Shown here in pieces: positions 49,981-59,044 of a stretch of DNA of 64,000 nt (position 1 is its first letter; every line of letters starts with the position of its first letter). Location: IMG/VR virus record IMGVR_UViG_3300006467_000491, positions 6,728 through 70,727 of that record. The stretch is one strand, 5' to 3'. The stretch comes from a virus (taxonomy: Duplodnaviria > Caudoviricetes). Under the pieces are notes generated by a model. The model was given only the letters and a program-made list of their open reading frames with translations, ran no database searches and was not told the origin of the DNA. Position numbers and translations under genes: made by a program.

Positions 49981-50694
49981 ATGACCAACGCCATCAGTTA
50001 CACCCGATACTCACCTCGACCAGTCAAAGAGGGCGACGAAGAACGCGCCGCAGCTCAGGAGGACGCGGAGTCCATCCAGCTGCAAATGGAGATGAACCAG
50101 CGTTACGCCGTGATGAAGGGGCTGACGATCACCGAGGTCATCAAAGATCCGGAAACGTCAGCCCGCAAAACGCGATTGTTCGAACGCGAAGGTGGGTCGA
50201 AGCTGCAGTTTCTGCCCAAGGGATCGCACGTGATCTGCATGAGGCTGGATCGGATGTTCCGCTCCACGGTAGACGGCCTGCAAACCGTCGAGTTCTTCCA
50301 GAAAAAAGGCATCATCCTGCATTTTGCCGACCAGTCCGGCTGCACGCTGGATCTGAGCACTGGCGAAGGCCGCTTTATGTTCACGATGCTGCTGTCGGCC
50401 GCGGAGTTCGAACCGCATCGCACCGCCGACCGAACATCCAAGGGGATGAAGCACCGCCAGAAGAACGGCCAGCGGATGACCAGCAAGCAGACCGTGCCGT
50501 TCGGGCAAATGGTCGATCCGGAAGATGATTCACGGACAATCCCGTGTGAATCAGAGCTTTGGAAAGCCAATGAAGCAATCGCACTGAAAGCACGCGGCTT
50601 CTCGCTACGTGACATTGCACGACAGATCGGCCCCATTCGCGAAAAGATCCTCTCTCCCCAGTCCGTGAAGAACTTGATGAAAGCGGTGAAGTGA
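49981..50694 (+). CDS. Small serine recombinase (resolvase/invertase family)
   Basis: Start ATG 49981 with GGAGGAGG RBS; ISYTRYS catalytic Ser, RLDRMFRS, AEFE...RTSKG, C-terminal PFG and HTH. Confidence 0.88.
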   Translation: MTNAISYTRYSPRPVKEGDEERAAAQEDAESIQLQMEMNQRYAVMKGLTITEVIKDPETSARKTRLFEREGGSKLQFLPKGSHVICMRLDRMFRSTVDGLQTVEFFQKKGIILHFADQSGCTLDLSTGEGRFMFTMLLSAAEFEPHRTADRTSKGMKHRQKNGQRMTSKQTVPFGQMVDPEDDSRTIPCESELWKANEAIALKARGFSLRDIARQIGPIREKILSPQSVKNLMKAVK

Positions 50695-51390
50695 TCACTC
50701 CCCGTCCAGCCTGAGCTTGCTCTCGTCGGCCTTCAGGAGGTCAATCCAGCTGGCCTCAACACCAGTCGGCTTCAGCGTTCCGATCGTCCGGAAGACTTCG
50801 CTTTCCTCGTACACGTTCCCGGTGGCGTCCTTGTTGTCGCCCATCACCTGAGTGGAACTGAGAAGCGCGGCGCCCATAAGGCGGAAATGACTCGTTCCGG
50901 TCTGCAGGTCAATGTCTGCTGTCGTGTTCGTTTCGAAGTGGCCGCCAATGACGGACGTACGAATTGCGGATTCAGCCGTCATCCCTTTGCCGTTGCTCTC
51001 TGATCCGCAGCTGATGAACGTGTTCGTCGACGCCCGGATGATTTCGAATCCCACCGTCGAGCAGAACCGGGCCGAACATCCCACGAAGATATTGCCGTTG
51101 CAGCGGTTCTGGTCCAGCGGGTCCACGGTGTAGATCTGGAACCCTTTCGCCGGCCCCGTGCCACCCAGCCCGGTATGCAGGCCAATAAACGAGTTGTTGT
51201 AGATCCCGGCGCCAACGTCAGCCTCGATGATGAATCCGTCGCGAGCATAGATGCCGATCAGGTCACACTGGTCGAGATTCGTGATTGTGACGGTTCCGTT
51301 GACGTGATAGCCGCTGATCGTCAGGCCGGTGCCCGTGATCGTCGCGTCATCGTTGATGGTTGTTCGGGCGCCAGTGATTGCTGTCGGCAT
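50695..51390 (-). CDS. Stand-alone right-handed beta-helix (pectin-lyase-like) protein
   Basis: Repeating NxFxGC/NTFISC/GGHFE turns. Confidence 0.65.
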   Translation of the reverse strand: MPTAITGARTTINDDATITGTGLTISGYHVNGTVTITNLDQCDLIGIYARDGFIIEADVGAGIYNNSFIGLHTGLGGTGPAKGFQIYTVDPLDQNRCNGNIFVGCSARFCSTVGFEIIRASTNTFISCGSESNGKGMTAESAIRTSVIGGHFETNTTADIDLQTGTSHFRLMGAALLSSTQVMGDNKDATGNVYEESEVFRTIGTLKPTGVEASWIDLLKADESKLRLDGE

Positions 51391-51423
51391 CGTGGTACTG
51401 CTCTCAGTTCATACCAGTAATTG

Positions 51424-51460
51424 AAAAAGCACTCGCGACGATTGTGACACCGCGAGTGCT
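51424..51460 (-). terminator. Intrinsic terminator
   Basis: Perfect 10-bp stem AGCACTCGCG/CGCGAGTGCT followed by TTTT on the minus strand. Confidence 0.75.
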
Positions 51461-51495
51461 CGTTTGCGACCTGAATTCATGCCATCTGCGGACAA

Positions 51496-51906
51496 TCATG
51501 GGGCAGGCTGGTCCTGGCAGTTCGCCTCCACCCAGTTGATCAGTTCTGAACGTGATGCCATCAGTTGCTGAAACTGCGCGTCCAACGCCGCAATCTCCGC
51601 CTGAATCAACTGGACCTGTAACAAAAGCTGCTGAGTCAGCGGGTCATCCGGTCCCAACTCCTGCAACGCCAGAAGGTGCTGAGCCATCGCAACAGCAAGG
51701 TCTGCAATCAACTGCTCAATCTCCGCGTTGATGTCGTTGAGCTGACCGTCGATGTTTGCAATCGAACTGATTGCCACAGCACACGCAATCTCATCAACAC
51801 CGTCATACGCCGACTGGTCCGTCTGTTCCAGCTGCGGATCAGGGACGGGTTCCGGAACAGCGTCACCAAGTGGCAGGAACAGCAGAGAAAACAAAAACAA
51901 CTTCAT
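51496..51906 (-). CDS. Secreted helical-hairpin/coiled-coil protein
   Basis: ATG 51906 with GGAGG RBS; signal peptide MKLFLFSLLFLPLG; two Cys flank a long helical hairpin. Confidence 0.65.
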   Translation of the reverse strand: MKLFLFSLLFLPLGDAVPEPVPDPQLEQTDQSAYDGVDEIACAVAISSIANIDGQLNDINAEIEQLIADLAVAMAQHLLALQELGPDDPLTQQLLLQVQLIQAEIAALDAQFQQLMASRSELINWVEANCQDQPAP

Positions 51907-52241
51907 CAAATGTGCCTCCATCCGGGATGTGAATTGAATCGGCCAACAGCACCCGGTTGCTGGTGACTTCGGTGCTCATTCTATTGGATCGGTCACGATT
52001 CGAACGTGATTTGCAGCATTGCCAGTTACTGGGTGCCTCACGTCCCAGCCTGAGTCTTTGTGCCCGGCTTGGCACAAGGCTTGCAAACTATCTGCATTAC
52101 GGTTTTTCAGCGTTTCCCACACGCCGCCGATCCATTGCCCGTCGTGACGTCACGGGCGTGCAGAGCAAGGTTGACGCTAACAGGCGTTACCCTGCCAATG
52201 CTCCAGACGCTACCCCCTTGTCGATGAGGCAGAAGCTCATT

Positions 52242-52397
52242 TCACTCCGGCGCTTCAGTCGTCCCGCTGGACGTGACAACGCCAGGCGTGATCGTTCCGA
52301 CACGGCCCCCCGATGAACCAAACACCGGGATTGCCTCAGCTGACTCCTGATCTGAATCAACCTGATCGTCGGCTTGCTGCTGATCTTCTTTGCTCAT
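52242..52397 (-). CDS. Small acidic hypothetical protein (51 aa)
   Basis: Manual translation MSKEDQQQADDQ...TEAPE; AGGAG RBS. Confidence 0.45.
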   Translation of the reverse strand: MSKEDQQQADDQVDSDQESAEAIPVFGSSGGRVGTITPGVVTSSGTTEAPE

Positions 52398-52435
52398 GGT
52401 TGAGTCTCCTTGCAGTTGACATCAGTGAATGAAAG

Positions 52436-52732
52436 TCAGTCACCCGGCCCGAGTGGGAGCGTGAATGTGACCGACTCCTCTCTGACCCCTCCCGGATTCC
52501 TCCGATCCTCGAGTTCCATCGCCCGAACAACGGCGTCTTTCGCCTCAGACAAGTCCTGCATCGTGTCGCCCTTGCCGCGAAGGCCGGAGCACAGCAGTTT
52601 CTTGATCGCGTGAGCCCGGGCCGGACACCGCACGTCGAATGCGTCCAGCACAGAATACACATCAGCCACGACGCTGGAAGTGCGGTCCTGCTTAGAGTGA
52701 ATCGTCCTGTTGTACTTGTTGCCTGAACTCAC
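52436..52732 (-). CDS. DUF3310-like phage protein
   Basis: DVYSVLDAFDVRCPARAHAIKKLLCSGLRGKGDTMQDLSEA is a widespread phage motif. Confidence 0.7.
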   Translation of the reverse strand: MSSGNKYNRTIHSKQDRTSSVVADVYSVLDAFDVRCPARAHAIKKLLCSGLRGKGDTMQDLSEAKDAVVRAMELEDRRNPGGVREESVTFTLPLGPGD

Positions 52733-52851
52733 GGCCCAACCCTTCCGTTCTCGCAGAATGCGCGGTGCGATACGGGCATCTCCTCCGCGAAGATCGCTTC
52801 AACCTGACGCGCCGCGTTGTCAATCTCACTCTTCAGAACGATTTCCGTCAC
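52729..52851 (-). CDS. Small hypothetical protein (40 aa)
   Basis: GTG start with AGGAGG RBS; stop overlaps the next GTG. Confidence 0.4.
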   Translation of the reverse strand: MTEIVLKSEIDNAARQVEAIFAEEMPVSHRAFCENGRVGP

Positions 52852-52945
52852 TTCCGCAGTCCTCCTGAAAACACCTGTCAGAACAGTAGTCGACGCCCGG
52901 CTCCGGCCTCGGAACTGGCTTGCCGCAAATCACGCATTCACGCAC
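52826..52945 (-). CDS. Small zinc-finger protein (TRASH-like, 39 aa)
   Basis: Manual translation MRECVICGKPVPRPEPGVDYCSDRCF; GGAGG RBS. Confidence 0.55.
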   Translation of the reverse strand: MRECVICGKPVPRPEPGVDYCSDRCFQEDCGSDGNRSEE

Positions 52946-53049
52946 GCCGGAACCTCCATTTCGCGTCAAAAGAATCACCTCACAATAACGACGCTACAAA
53001 AACCCAGCAAGACTTCCCCGGTGCTTTTCTTTGTGTTGCCACAGAATCG

Positions 53050-53800
53050 GCGAGGAGGTAGAGTGACGCGAGGTGTCCGGCCGGGAGGGAAGCGAGGGCC
53101 GGAAATTTCGTTTTTCAAAAATTTCAGAGGAGGGGATGGTGGCTAACCGCACGGCACCCGCCCGGTCGGCGGTGGGGGTCCGGGAAAAACGCTGCTGGCC
53201 TCCCCCTCCCTCGCTCCACTTCGATTCGCACCTCGCTCGCCGTTGCTCTTGGCCGAGGATCGTTGCAGCCTCGCCTCGCGCCGCTGCCTCGCTTCGAAGG
53301 CCTGTTGTCAACGACCGTTCCCTCGTTGACAAGCGATGCATTGATCCTCACCGGTCAGCGGCTGCGGCCACCTCGCCAATGCGATGGCCATCGGTCCTGG
53401 ACGAGGGTAGTCGAGGGGGGTGGCACCGGACTTTGCGGATCTGGCGACACGTCACCGTATGGTTACGTAACCGGCCGGTGACACGACAGGCCAGCACACC
53501 GCAGAAATGTAGCCTAGGCTACAATTCGCCCTCGCTCCCTCTCGGCCTACCTACTCCTCCCCTCCCACCTGCCTCGCCCAAGCCATCACCTACCCGACCT
53601 CGCTCCTCCTCGCGTCATTCCGGGCTTGCATCCGAGCTTGCTTCCGGTCTCGCTTCCGGTCTCGCGTTTGGCCTCGCATCCCGCCTCGCGTCCGACCTCA
53701 CATCCGGCCTGCCGACCTGCCGCAGCTGCTGTGTGGTGGGTGTGGTGGCTGCCCCGCAACCGCACAAAACAGGGGGATTTCGCGCTTCTCCTCGCGTCCG
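53050..53800. repeat. Dispersed CCTCGC/GCGAGG hexamer array
   Basis: 13 CCTCGC copies on + at 53209-53795; 3 inverted GCGAGG copies at 53050, 53068, 53092. Confidence 0.8.
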
Positions 53801-53844
53801 AGAGCCCGCGGCAGCGGTTCGGCATGCCTCATAGACACATAGAG

Positions 53845-53965
53845 TGTGGGTGTGGGGTTGAGGGTGGGATTGTGTGGGTGGGATTGGGAGTGGGATTGTG
53901 TGGGAGAGGGCGGGAGAGGGCGGGAGAGGGCGAGGCAGAAGGAGTGGGGCAGAGCGTGAGAGGGT
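53845..53965 (+). repeat. G-tract cluster with GGGCGGGAGA and GTGGGATT repeats
   Basis: About 16 runs of 3 or more G in ~120 nt. Confidence 0.8.
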
Positions 53966-54204
53966 GAGACGGTGAGTCGGAAGGAGTGTTGGGGAGATCG
54001 TTGGGAGGAGCGAGAACGGGAGCCCGAGCGTGCAGATCCGGCCACGAAATCAGGGGGAACGAGGGACTGAGAGAGAGAATTTGGAAGAATCTTGGAAATA
54101 TGTCCGGAATAAAGGAAACATTTCCCGGGGTTTGACGTTATATGTACGGGAGGAGTTGTTGTAGCGACAAGTATCCGGAAGTGATTGAGAGAATGGGAGT
54201 TGAA

Positions 54205-54519
54205 ACGATGAAGACAGCCGAACTGACAATGCAGGACGTTCTCGACGCCCTGCCGATCGACTTCGAGGGCGTGACATTCAGCCTGCCTGGATGGGTCGAC
54301 CTGAACGACCGTAAGACCCTGTATCGTGCCGCGATTGTGGCTCTGATGGAGGCAGCGGAAGACGACGGGTATGAGATCGTGAACGAAGCCAATGCCCTGC
54401 CTGTGCTCGCGAATGCAGTCACTGTGCAGACTGATTCCGAGAAGGTGCAGTGGGAGGGCGAGGCTGCCTGCGAGGATTGCACGGCGATGGTCGAAGACGC
54501 GATTGGAGGAAGACGATGA
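54205..54519 (+). CDS. Early-region hypothetical protein
   Basis: MKTAELTMQD..., 104 aa, first gene of the plus-strand block. Confidence 0.65.
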   Translation, partial: TMKTAELTMQDVLDALPIDFEGVTFSLPGWVDLNDRKTLYRAAIVALMEAAEDDGYEIVNEANALPVLANAVTVQTDSEKVQWEGEAACEDCTAMVEDAIGGRR

Positions 54520-54776
54520 GCACAACGCACGAAACGACCGCACAGAAGATGTTTGGGTGGGCAATCGAGCAACTCGACCAGGGGCGAACGGTCGCCCTGA
54601 CGACACACCTCAGGTCAACGCGGATCACACCGAGCAACTACAGCAAGTCCGTAGCAGCTGGTTGCCCGCTCCTGAAGCTCTCAGCCAGTGGCGAGGTACT
54701 GTTGATGCGAGAGGGCCGGAGCTACGTCAACGCCAACTACTGCAAGCTCTCAGCCTTTGTTGATGATGATGAGTGA
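54516..54776 (+). CDS. Early-region hypothetical protein
   Basis: MSTTHETTAQ..., ATGA-coupled. Confidence 0.6.
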   Translation: MSTTHETTAQKMFGWAIEQLDQGRTVALTTHLRSTRITPSNYSKSVAAGCPLLKLSASGEVLLMREGRSYVNANYCKLSAFVDDDE

Positions 54777-54862
54777 AGTGATCCGCGCCGTGCCTCTCTG
54801 CGGAGGGGCATCCGCAGGCACCTTCGCCTGGCAATTACCGACCGAGAAAGGGTGAGAACACG

Positions 54863-55570
54863 ATGAGCACAACGATTGACACGACAGCCAGAACGACCGG
54901 AGAACCGACCGTCAGCAGCGCGAGCTTTGGCCGGTTGACCGATCACAACTACGCAGAGTCTGCCTGCCGAGGAAACTGGGGATACGTCCATTTTTCTGAG
55001 TCCGGCAAGCTGCGATTGCTGCACACGATCGGATGGCTGGAAGCGATGGAAGTGAGTGATCCCGAGACTGCCTACAGCCTCGCGTCCGACCTTTGCCGCT
55101 ACCTCGACAGATTCGGCGAATACGGCGGCATGATCGACTCACCGGAAGGCAGGACGGACGTGCATGGTCAGCCCCTGCAATTCCCTCGCTACCGACTCGT
55201 TTTGAGTGATGACGGCGGACTGGGATCGTTCGGTGTGCTGTGGTACGTCGCTTTGCCGCACGAGGATTTCATGGAGGCTGCCGAGCGGATCGCGGACGAG
55301 ATCACAGCGGAGAGGCATGGCGGCAAGACGTACGCGGATCTGGATCGGGAGAATGCGGACGTGATCTGGCAAGACGCGCTGGACGCCACGCGACGGCATT
55401 TCCGGATCGACGAGGAGTTGACGGTCGATCGCGGGTACTTCCCCGACTGGGACAAGGATCGGAAGTGGTACAGCCGCGAATACATGTACTACGCATTCTC
55501 CCACAACGGAGCTCTGGTGTACCACTATGGCGATGACATCACCGGCGGCAGCTGGTCATCGCACACGTGA
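54863..55570 (+). CDS. Early-region hypothetical protein
   Basis: 235 aa, preceded by the hairpin repeat and ACACGATG. Confidence 0.7.
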   Translation: MSTTIDTTARTTGEPTVSSASFGRLTDHNYAESACRGNWGYVHFSESGKLRLLHTIGWLEAMEVSDPETAYSLASDLCRYLDRFGEYGGMIDSPEGRTDVHGQPLQFPRYRLVLSDDGGLGSFGVLWYVALPHEDFMEAAERIADEITAERHGGKTYADLDRENADVIWQDALDATRRHFRIDEELTVDRGYFPDWDKDRKWYSREYMYYAFSHNGALVYHYGDDITGGSWSSHT

Positions 55571-55657
55571 CGTGATTGACGGGGTGATTGTCCGACACGG
55601 CGCTGGAGATCGGCCAGCGTCGAATCAGGCAATTCCGCCGCTGGAGGGTGAGACACG

Positions 55658-55981
55658 ATGAAAACACACACACTTGAATCGCCGGTCGAATGCAGCAATC
55701 CGCCGAACGTGCTGCGCGATGATATCGACTGGCAGATCGTCACAGCTGGCTTCGAGCGTTTCCGCAACTACAAGGGTGGCCCCTCGATCCTCTGCGCGGT
55801 CTGCACAGCGAGATCAGGCGATGGACGACGGCACTACACGATTACCGACATCGCCACACGTATGAAGATTGCCGACTGGCTGATCCGGCAGGGCGTCCAT
55901 GATGGCGCGGACCTGCCTGATTGGATCATGAGCAATCGAGACGAATGGTACGGACCTCGCGGTCGCGGGTTTGCGGTTTGA
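55658..55981 (+). CDS. Early-region hypothetical protein
   Basis: 107 aa, preceded by the repeat and a GGAGG RBS. Confidence 0.65.
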   Translation: MKTHTLESPVECSNPPNVLRDDIDWQIVTAGFERFRNYKGGPSILCAVCTARSGDGRRHYTITDIATRMKIADWLIRQGVHDGADLPDWIMSNRDEWYGPRGRGFAV

Positions 55982-56024
55982 TTTGATGGCAATGGGCACA
56001 GCACACTTTTAGGAGCACAGCACG

Positions 56025-56258
56025 ATGACAATGGGGTGGGCGTTTCAGGACGGCAAAGACTGGACGGTAGAGTGGTCACCAGACGGCAACACGCGATGGT
56101 TGATCCATTCGTACTACCACACGCGACAGGCTGCTGTGGCAGCGCAGGCGAAGATCCTCGACACACCGGGCATGGATGGCGATCCGGCACATTGGCGAGT
56201 GCTGGGACCACCAACTGAGAGCATTGTGACTCGATTGGAAAGGCAGGCAGCACGATGA
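56025..56258 (+). CDS. Early-region hypothetical protein
   Basis: 77 aa, AGGAG RBS. Confidence 0.6.
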   Translation: MTMGWAFQDGKDWTVEWSPDGNTRWLIHSYYHTRQAAVAAQAKILDTPGMDGDPAHWRVLGPPTESIVTRLERQAAR

Positions 56259-56494
56259 GCACGATCAAGTCGCCACATGTTTACCGAGTTATTCAGGTGC
56301 CACCTGATCCGCACCAGCGGATGTTTCTTCCGGACCTGAAGGTTGGAATGCTGCTGTGGCTGAACGGAAACCGCCGTTCATCGCTTGGCAGCTACATCGG
56401 CAGGTTCAGCAGTGTGTATGAGCATCGTGGGTACTACATGCCGCGAAACGGGGAGTTCGAGATGCTGATGGAGTACGTGGAACCGGCTGTGTGA
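56255..56494 (+). CDS. Early-region hypothetical protein
   Basis: 79 aa, ATGA-coupled. Confidence 0.6.
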   Translation: MSTIKSPHVYRVIQVPPDPHQRMFLPDLKVGMLLWLNGNRRSSLGSYIGRFSSVYEHRGYYMPRNGEFEMLMEYVEPAV

Positions 56495-56586
56495 GAGCCC
56501 AGGCCTGAGAGCATCGGCCAACATTGTCGGTGCTCGATGGCCTGCACTGTCGCAGGGATTTACCGCCAAACTGAGGAGATTCAGAG

Positions 56587-56988
56587 ATGTCGAAACGAAC
56601 GATCACACTGACAAACCGACCACCTGTGTCTGTCTGTGAAGACGCCTGGCCAGTCATCGCAAGCGCTGATGACGAGTGGTTCGAGGGTGAATTCGAGTTC
56701 CAGGCAAATCGAAAAACAAGATGGTTCATCCGGGCGAGACAGCACGATGATGGCCGGGCGATCGTCTACGGGGGATATTCGCACGTGACACACTGGCGGA
56801 ACGAAAGTAACCAGCACGCCCGGCATGGTGTGACGTTGCCAGCAGGCAGTGATACGGCCGCAGTGTGCGAAGCGATCCGTGAAGTCTGCCAGTCGCTGGC
56901 CAATGACCCGCAATGCCCGGATGACGGGCGATGGGAGACACTCGCGAATCGGTGCCAGGCAGGCATGCCAGCGGAAGAGATCGACTGA
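56587..56988 (+). CDS. Early-region hypothetical protein
   Basis: 133 aa, flanked by 20-bp direct repeats. Confidence 0.65.
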   Translation: MSKRTITLTNRPPVSVCEDAWPVIASADDEWFEGEFEFQANRKTRWFIRARQHDDGRAIVYGGYSHVTHWRNESNQHARHGVTLPAGSDTAAVCEAIREVCQSLANDPQCPDDGRWETLANRCQAGMPAEEID

Positions 56989-57086
56989 ACGGCTGAACGG
57001 CTGAATGATCCGACACAGCGCGGGCGACTTTCCCGCGCTGACTCGGGCAATTCCGCCCATTACCGCCAAACTGAGGAGAGCACACG

Positions 57087-57698
57087 ATGAGCACGATGAG
57101 CACGACGACATGCAACACTGAGCACGATATCCCCGACGGATGGTTCGCAGCTGGAACCGCCGTCCCAAACAGCACGGAATACTGGATCAACCCGTTTTCC
57201 GGCCTGATTGTGTGTGGACCTGAAGCGCCACCAATTCGCGATATCGAGGTCGCACAGATCCCGACGGAGCCACGGTTGCTGGTCGTTCCCGAGGATCAGA
57301 CCGAACCGACCCGCGACATCGCGACCGAACTGGCACACTGCACCGGCAGCGACACCACCTACCGACACAGTTTTATGCGATGGTTTGAGTACACAGAAGG
57401 TGCCCGAACACTCGCCGAGATGGCAGGCGCGTACTGGCTCATCGACGTTGTCGCAAGCCACCAGATCAAACCACGAGTTCGCAGAGAGCAGTTCCAGCTC
57501 TGGTCGATCCGTAAACTTCCGCCCACCGCGAAGAATGCCGCCGTCGTCGAATGCAGGACCGACTCCAACCGCCCTGTGTTGTGCAAGCAATTCATCCCGT
57601 ACACCGACTTCCCATTTGCAGCACTAGGCGACACATTCGAGTGGTACGTCTGCCGCGCGGAACGAGGCCCGCGAATGCTGCTGAAATCGGAGTATTGA
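57087..57698 (+). CDS. DUF6876-like protein
   Basis: LAHCTGSDTTYRH...YTEGARTLAEMAGAYWLIDVVASHQ...QFIPYTDFP. Confidence 0.65.
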   Translation: MSTMSTTTCNTEHDIPDGWFAAGTAVPNSTEYWINPFSGLIVCGPEAPPIRDIEVAQIPTEPRLLVVPEDQTEPTRDIATELAHCTGSDTTYRHSFMRWFEYTEGARTLAEMAGAYWLIDVVASHQIKPRVRREQFQLWSIRKLPPTAKNAAVVECRTDSNRPVLCKQFIPYTDFPFAALGDTFEWYVCRAERGPRMLLKSEY

Positions 57699-57701
57699 GC
57701 C

Positions 57702-58004
57702 ATGACCATGCGACAAATCACACTCGCAGAATACGAAGCGATTCACCCGGATTTTCGCGGCATCTGGACGACAGAGCGCGACGACTGGCCTGGTTGGCCG
57801 GAGATCCGGCACCAATACATCGGCAAGCGAACGATGATGGCCGGAGACGGCAAATGCACGCTGCTGGTGGAGGGGCTCGGGTTCGAAGTAATCGAGCCTG
57901 AGAAATACCCGCAAGGTTCCGCCGCTTGTCCGGCCTGCGGTTCCGTCTGGCTTGATAGCGACCACGCTGCGAGCTGCTGCCCGGAATCCCGATACGCCGA
58001 ATGA
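57702..58004 (+). CDS. Early-region hypothetical protein with C-terminal CxxC
   Basis: 100 aa; its TGA is part of the hairpin repeat. Confidence 0.6.
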   Translation: MTMRQITLAEYEAIHPDFRGIWTTERDDWPGWPEIRHQYIGKRTMMAGDGKCTLLVEGLGFEVIEPEKYPQGSAACPACGSVWLDSDHAASCCPESRYAE

Positions 58005-58078
58005 TCCGATACGGCGCTGGAGATCGGCCAGCGTCGACTCGGGCAATTCTACCCATCACAGACAAAGGAGAGCACACG

Positions 58079-58420
58079 ATGAAGACGGCCGCAGACATCT
58101 ACCAACAGATCGAGAAAGAACGACAGATCGAGAAAGCTGTTGACGTTGCCGAGAAATGGCTGGAGGAATCCGGATTCGATCAACCGGAGTTTGATGGATC
58201 ATTGTGGAGCGGTATTTTTTGGGAGGCAAGAGTCACGATCACAGGGATTCACGTGAACTGGGACATCAAGGACAACAAAGGTGAATGGATTTCCGGTAAC
58301 GATTCCGGGGTGAATCAAGATTCCTATAGCCTCGACGACAAAGACGGTGTTGAGCTGTTGTTTGCTTGGGTCTGCCGATCAGCATGGCTGACTGAGTCAG
58401 AACGTCCGGCGCAACCGTGA
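58079..58420 (+). CDS. Early-region hypothetical protein
   Basis: Start refined to MKTAADIY (AAGGAG RBS). Confidence 0.6.
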   Translation: MKTAADIYQQIEKERQIEKAVDVAEKWLEESGFDQPEFDGSLWSGIFWEARVTITGIHVNWDIKDNKGEWISGNDSGVNQDSYSLDDKDGVELLFAWVCRSAWLTESERPAQP

Positions 58421-58504
58421 ATGTGGCTGCCGGAATGATCCGATACAGCGCAGGAGATTGGCCTGTGCTGACTCGGGCAATTCCGCCTGATGGAGTACGG
58501 CACG

Positions 58505-59044
58505 ATGCGATTCACAGCACTGAAAGAAATTATCCGGCTCTTTGCTCACAATCACGATTTCGCGCCGTCGGACGCGACTGAAGCACTGAGCGAACTCGAC
58601 CAGTTAGCGACATGGTTGCAGCGAATCACGCCGCCGCACATCAAGCAGGAGGAACTGACGGGCGAATCAGAGCCCACACCGGAAACCGTTAATCTCGCAG
58701 CCGATGACCTCATTGACCGGATTGATGCCCTGATTGGCGTGTACTCCCTGCCGGTGTTTGTAGCAGCATTCTGCGAATACCTTGAAGAACACGATGGAGA
58801 CGAAACCTTCAATTCGTGGGAGCCGCAGATTCAGCGACTCTACGAAAACCTGAACATGAACATCAGCACATTTGTTCGAGCGCATAAAGCAATCGCTAAA
58901 AGCGGGGAGTTCAAACCAAGCTGGTCAACCGACCCGTTTTTCAAGTATGACGAATGGCTGCTGGAGATCGTGAAAGGATCTACAAGGCTGGGGTATGACG
59001 AATGGGTATGTGCCCAACCTGAGAACACTCCCGCGCCGGAATAA
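58505..59044 (+). CDS. Early-region hypothetical protein
   Basis: Start MRFTAL; C-terminal YDEWLLEIVKGSTRLGYDEWV motif; its TAA is part of the hairpin repeat. Confidence 0.6.
   Translation: MRFTALKEIIRLFAHNHDFAPSDATEALSELDQLATWLQRITPPHIKQEELTGESEPTPETVNLAADDLIDRIDALIGVYSLPVFVAAFCEYLEEHDGDETFNSWEPQIQRLYENLNMNISTFVRAHKAIAKSGEFKPSWSTDPFFKYDEWLLEIVKGSTRLGYDEWVCAQPENTPAPE

Noticed and set aside
54132-54165. sigma70 early promoter at TTGACG, and the 11-mer TACGGGAGGAG shared with 49960-49970
   Set aside because: No -10 at 16-18 nt spacing; the shared 11-mer is mostly an SD-like run and could be chance.
53073-54606. ORFs 53073-53834 (+) and 53698-54606 (-)
   Set aside because: They are products of low-complexity skewed sequence or antisense shadows; Ser/Pro/Arg-rich with no RBS.
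55586-58483. Early hairpins as CsrA-binding loops
   Set aside because: GGA straddles the stem/loop junction and is absent from the 57003 copy, so it is not a conserved ANGGA loop.
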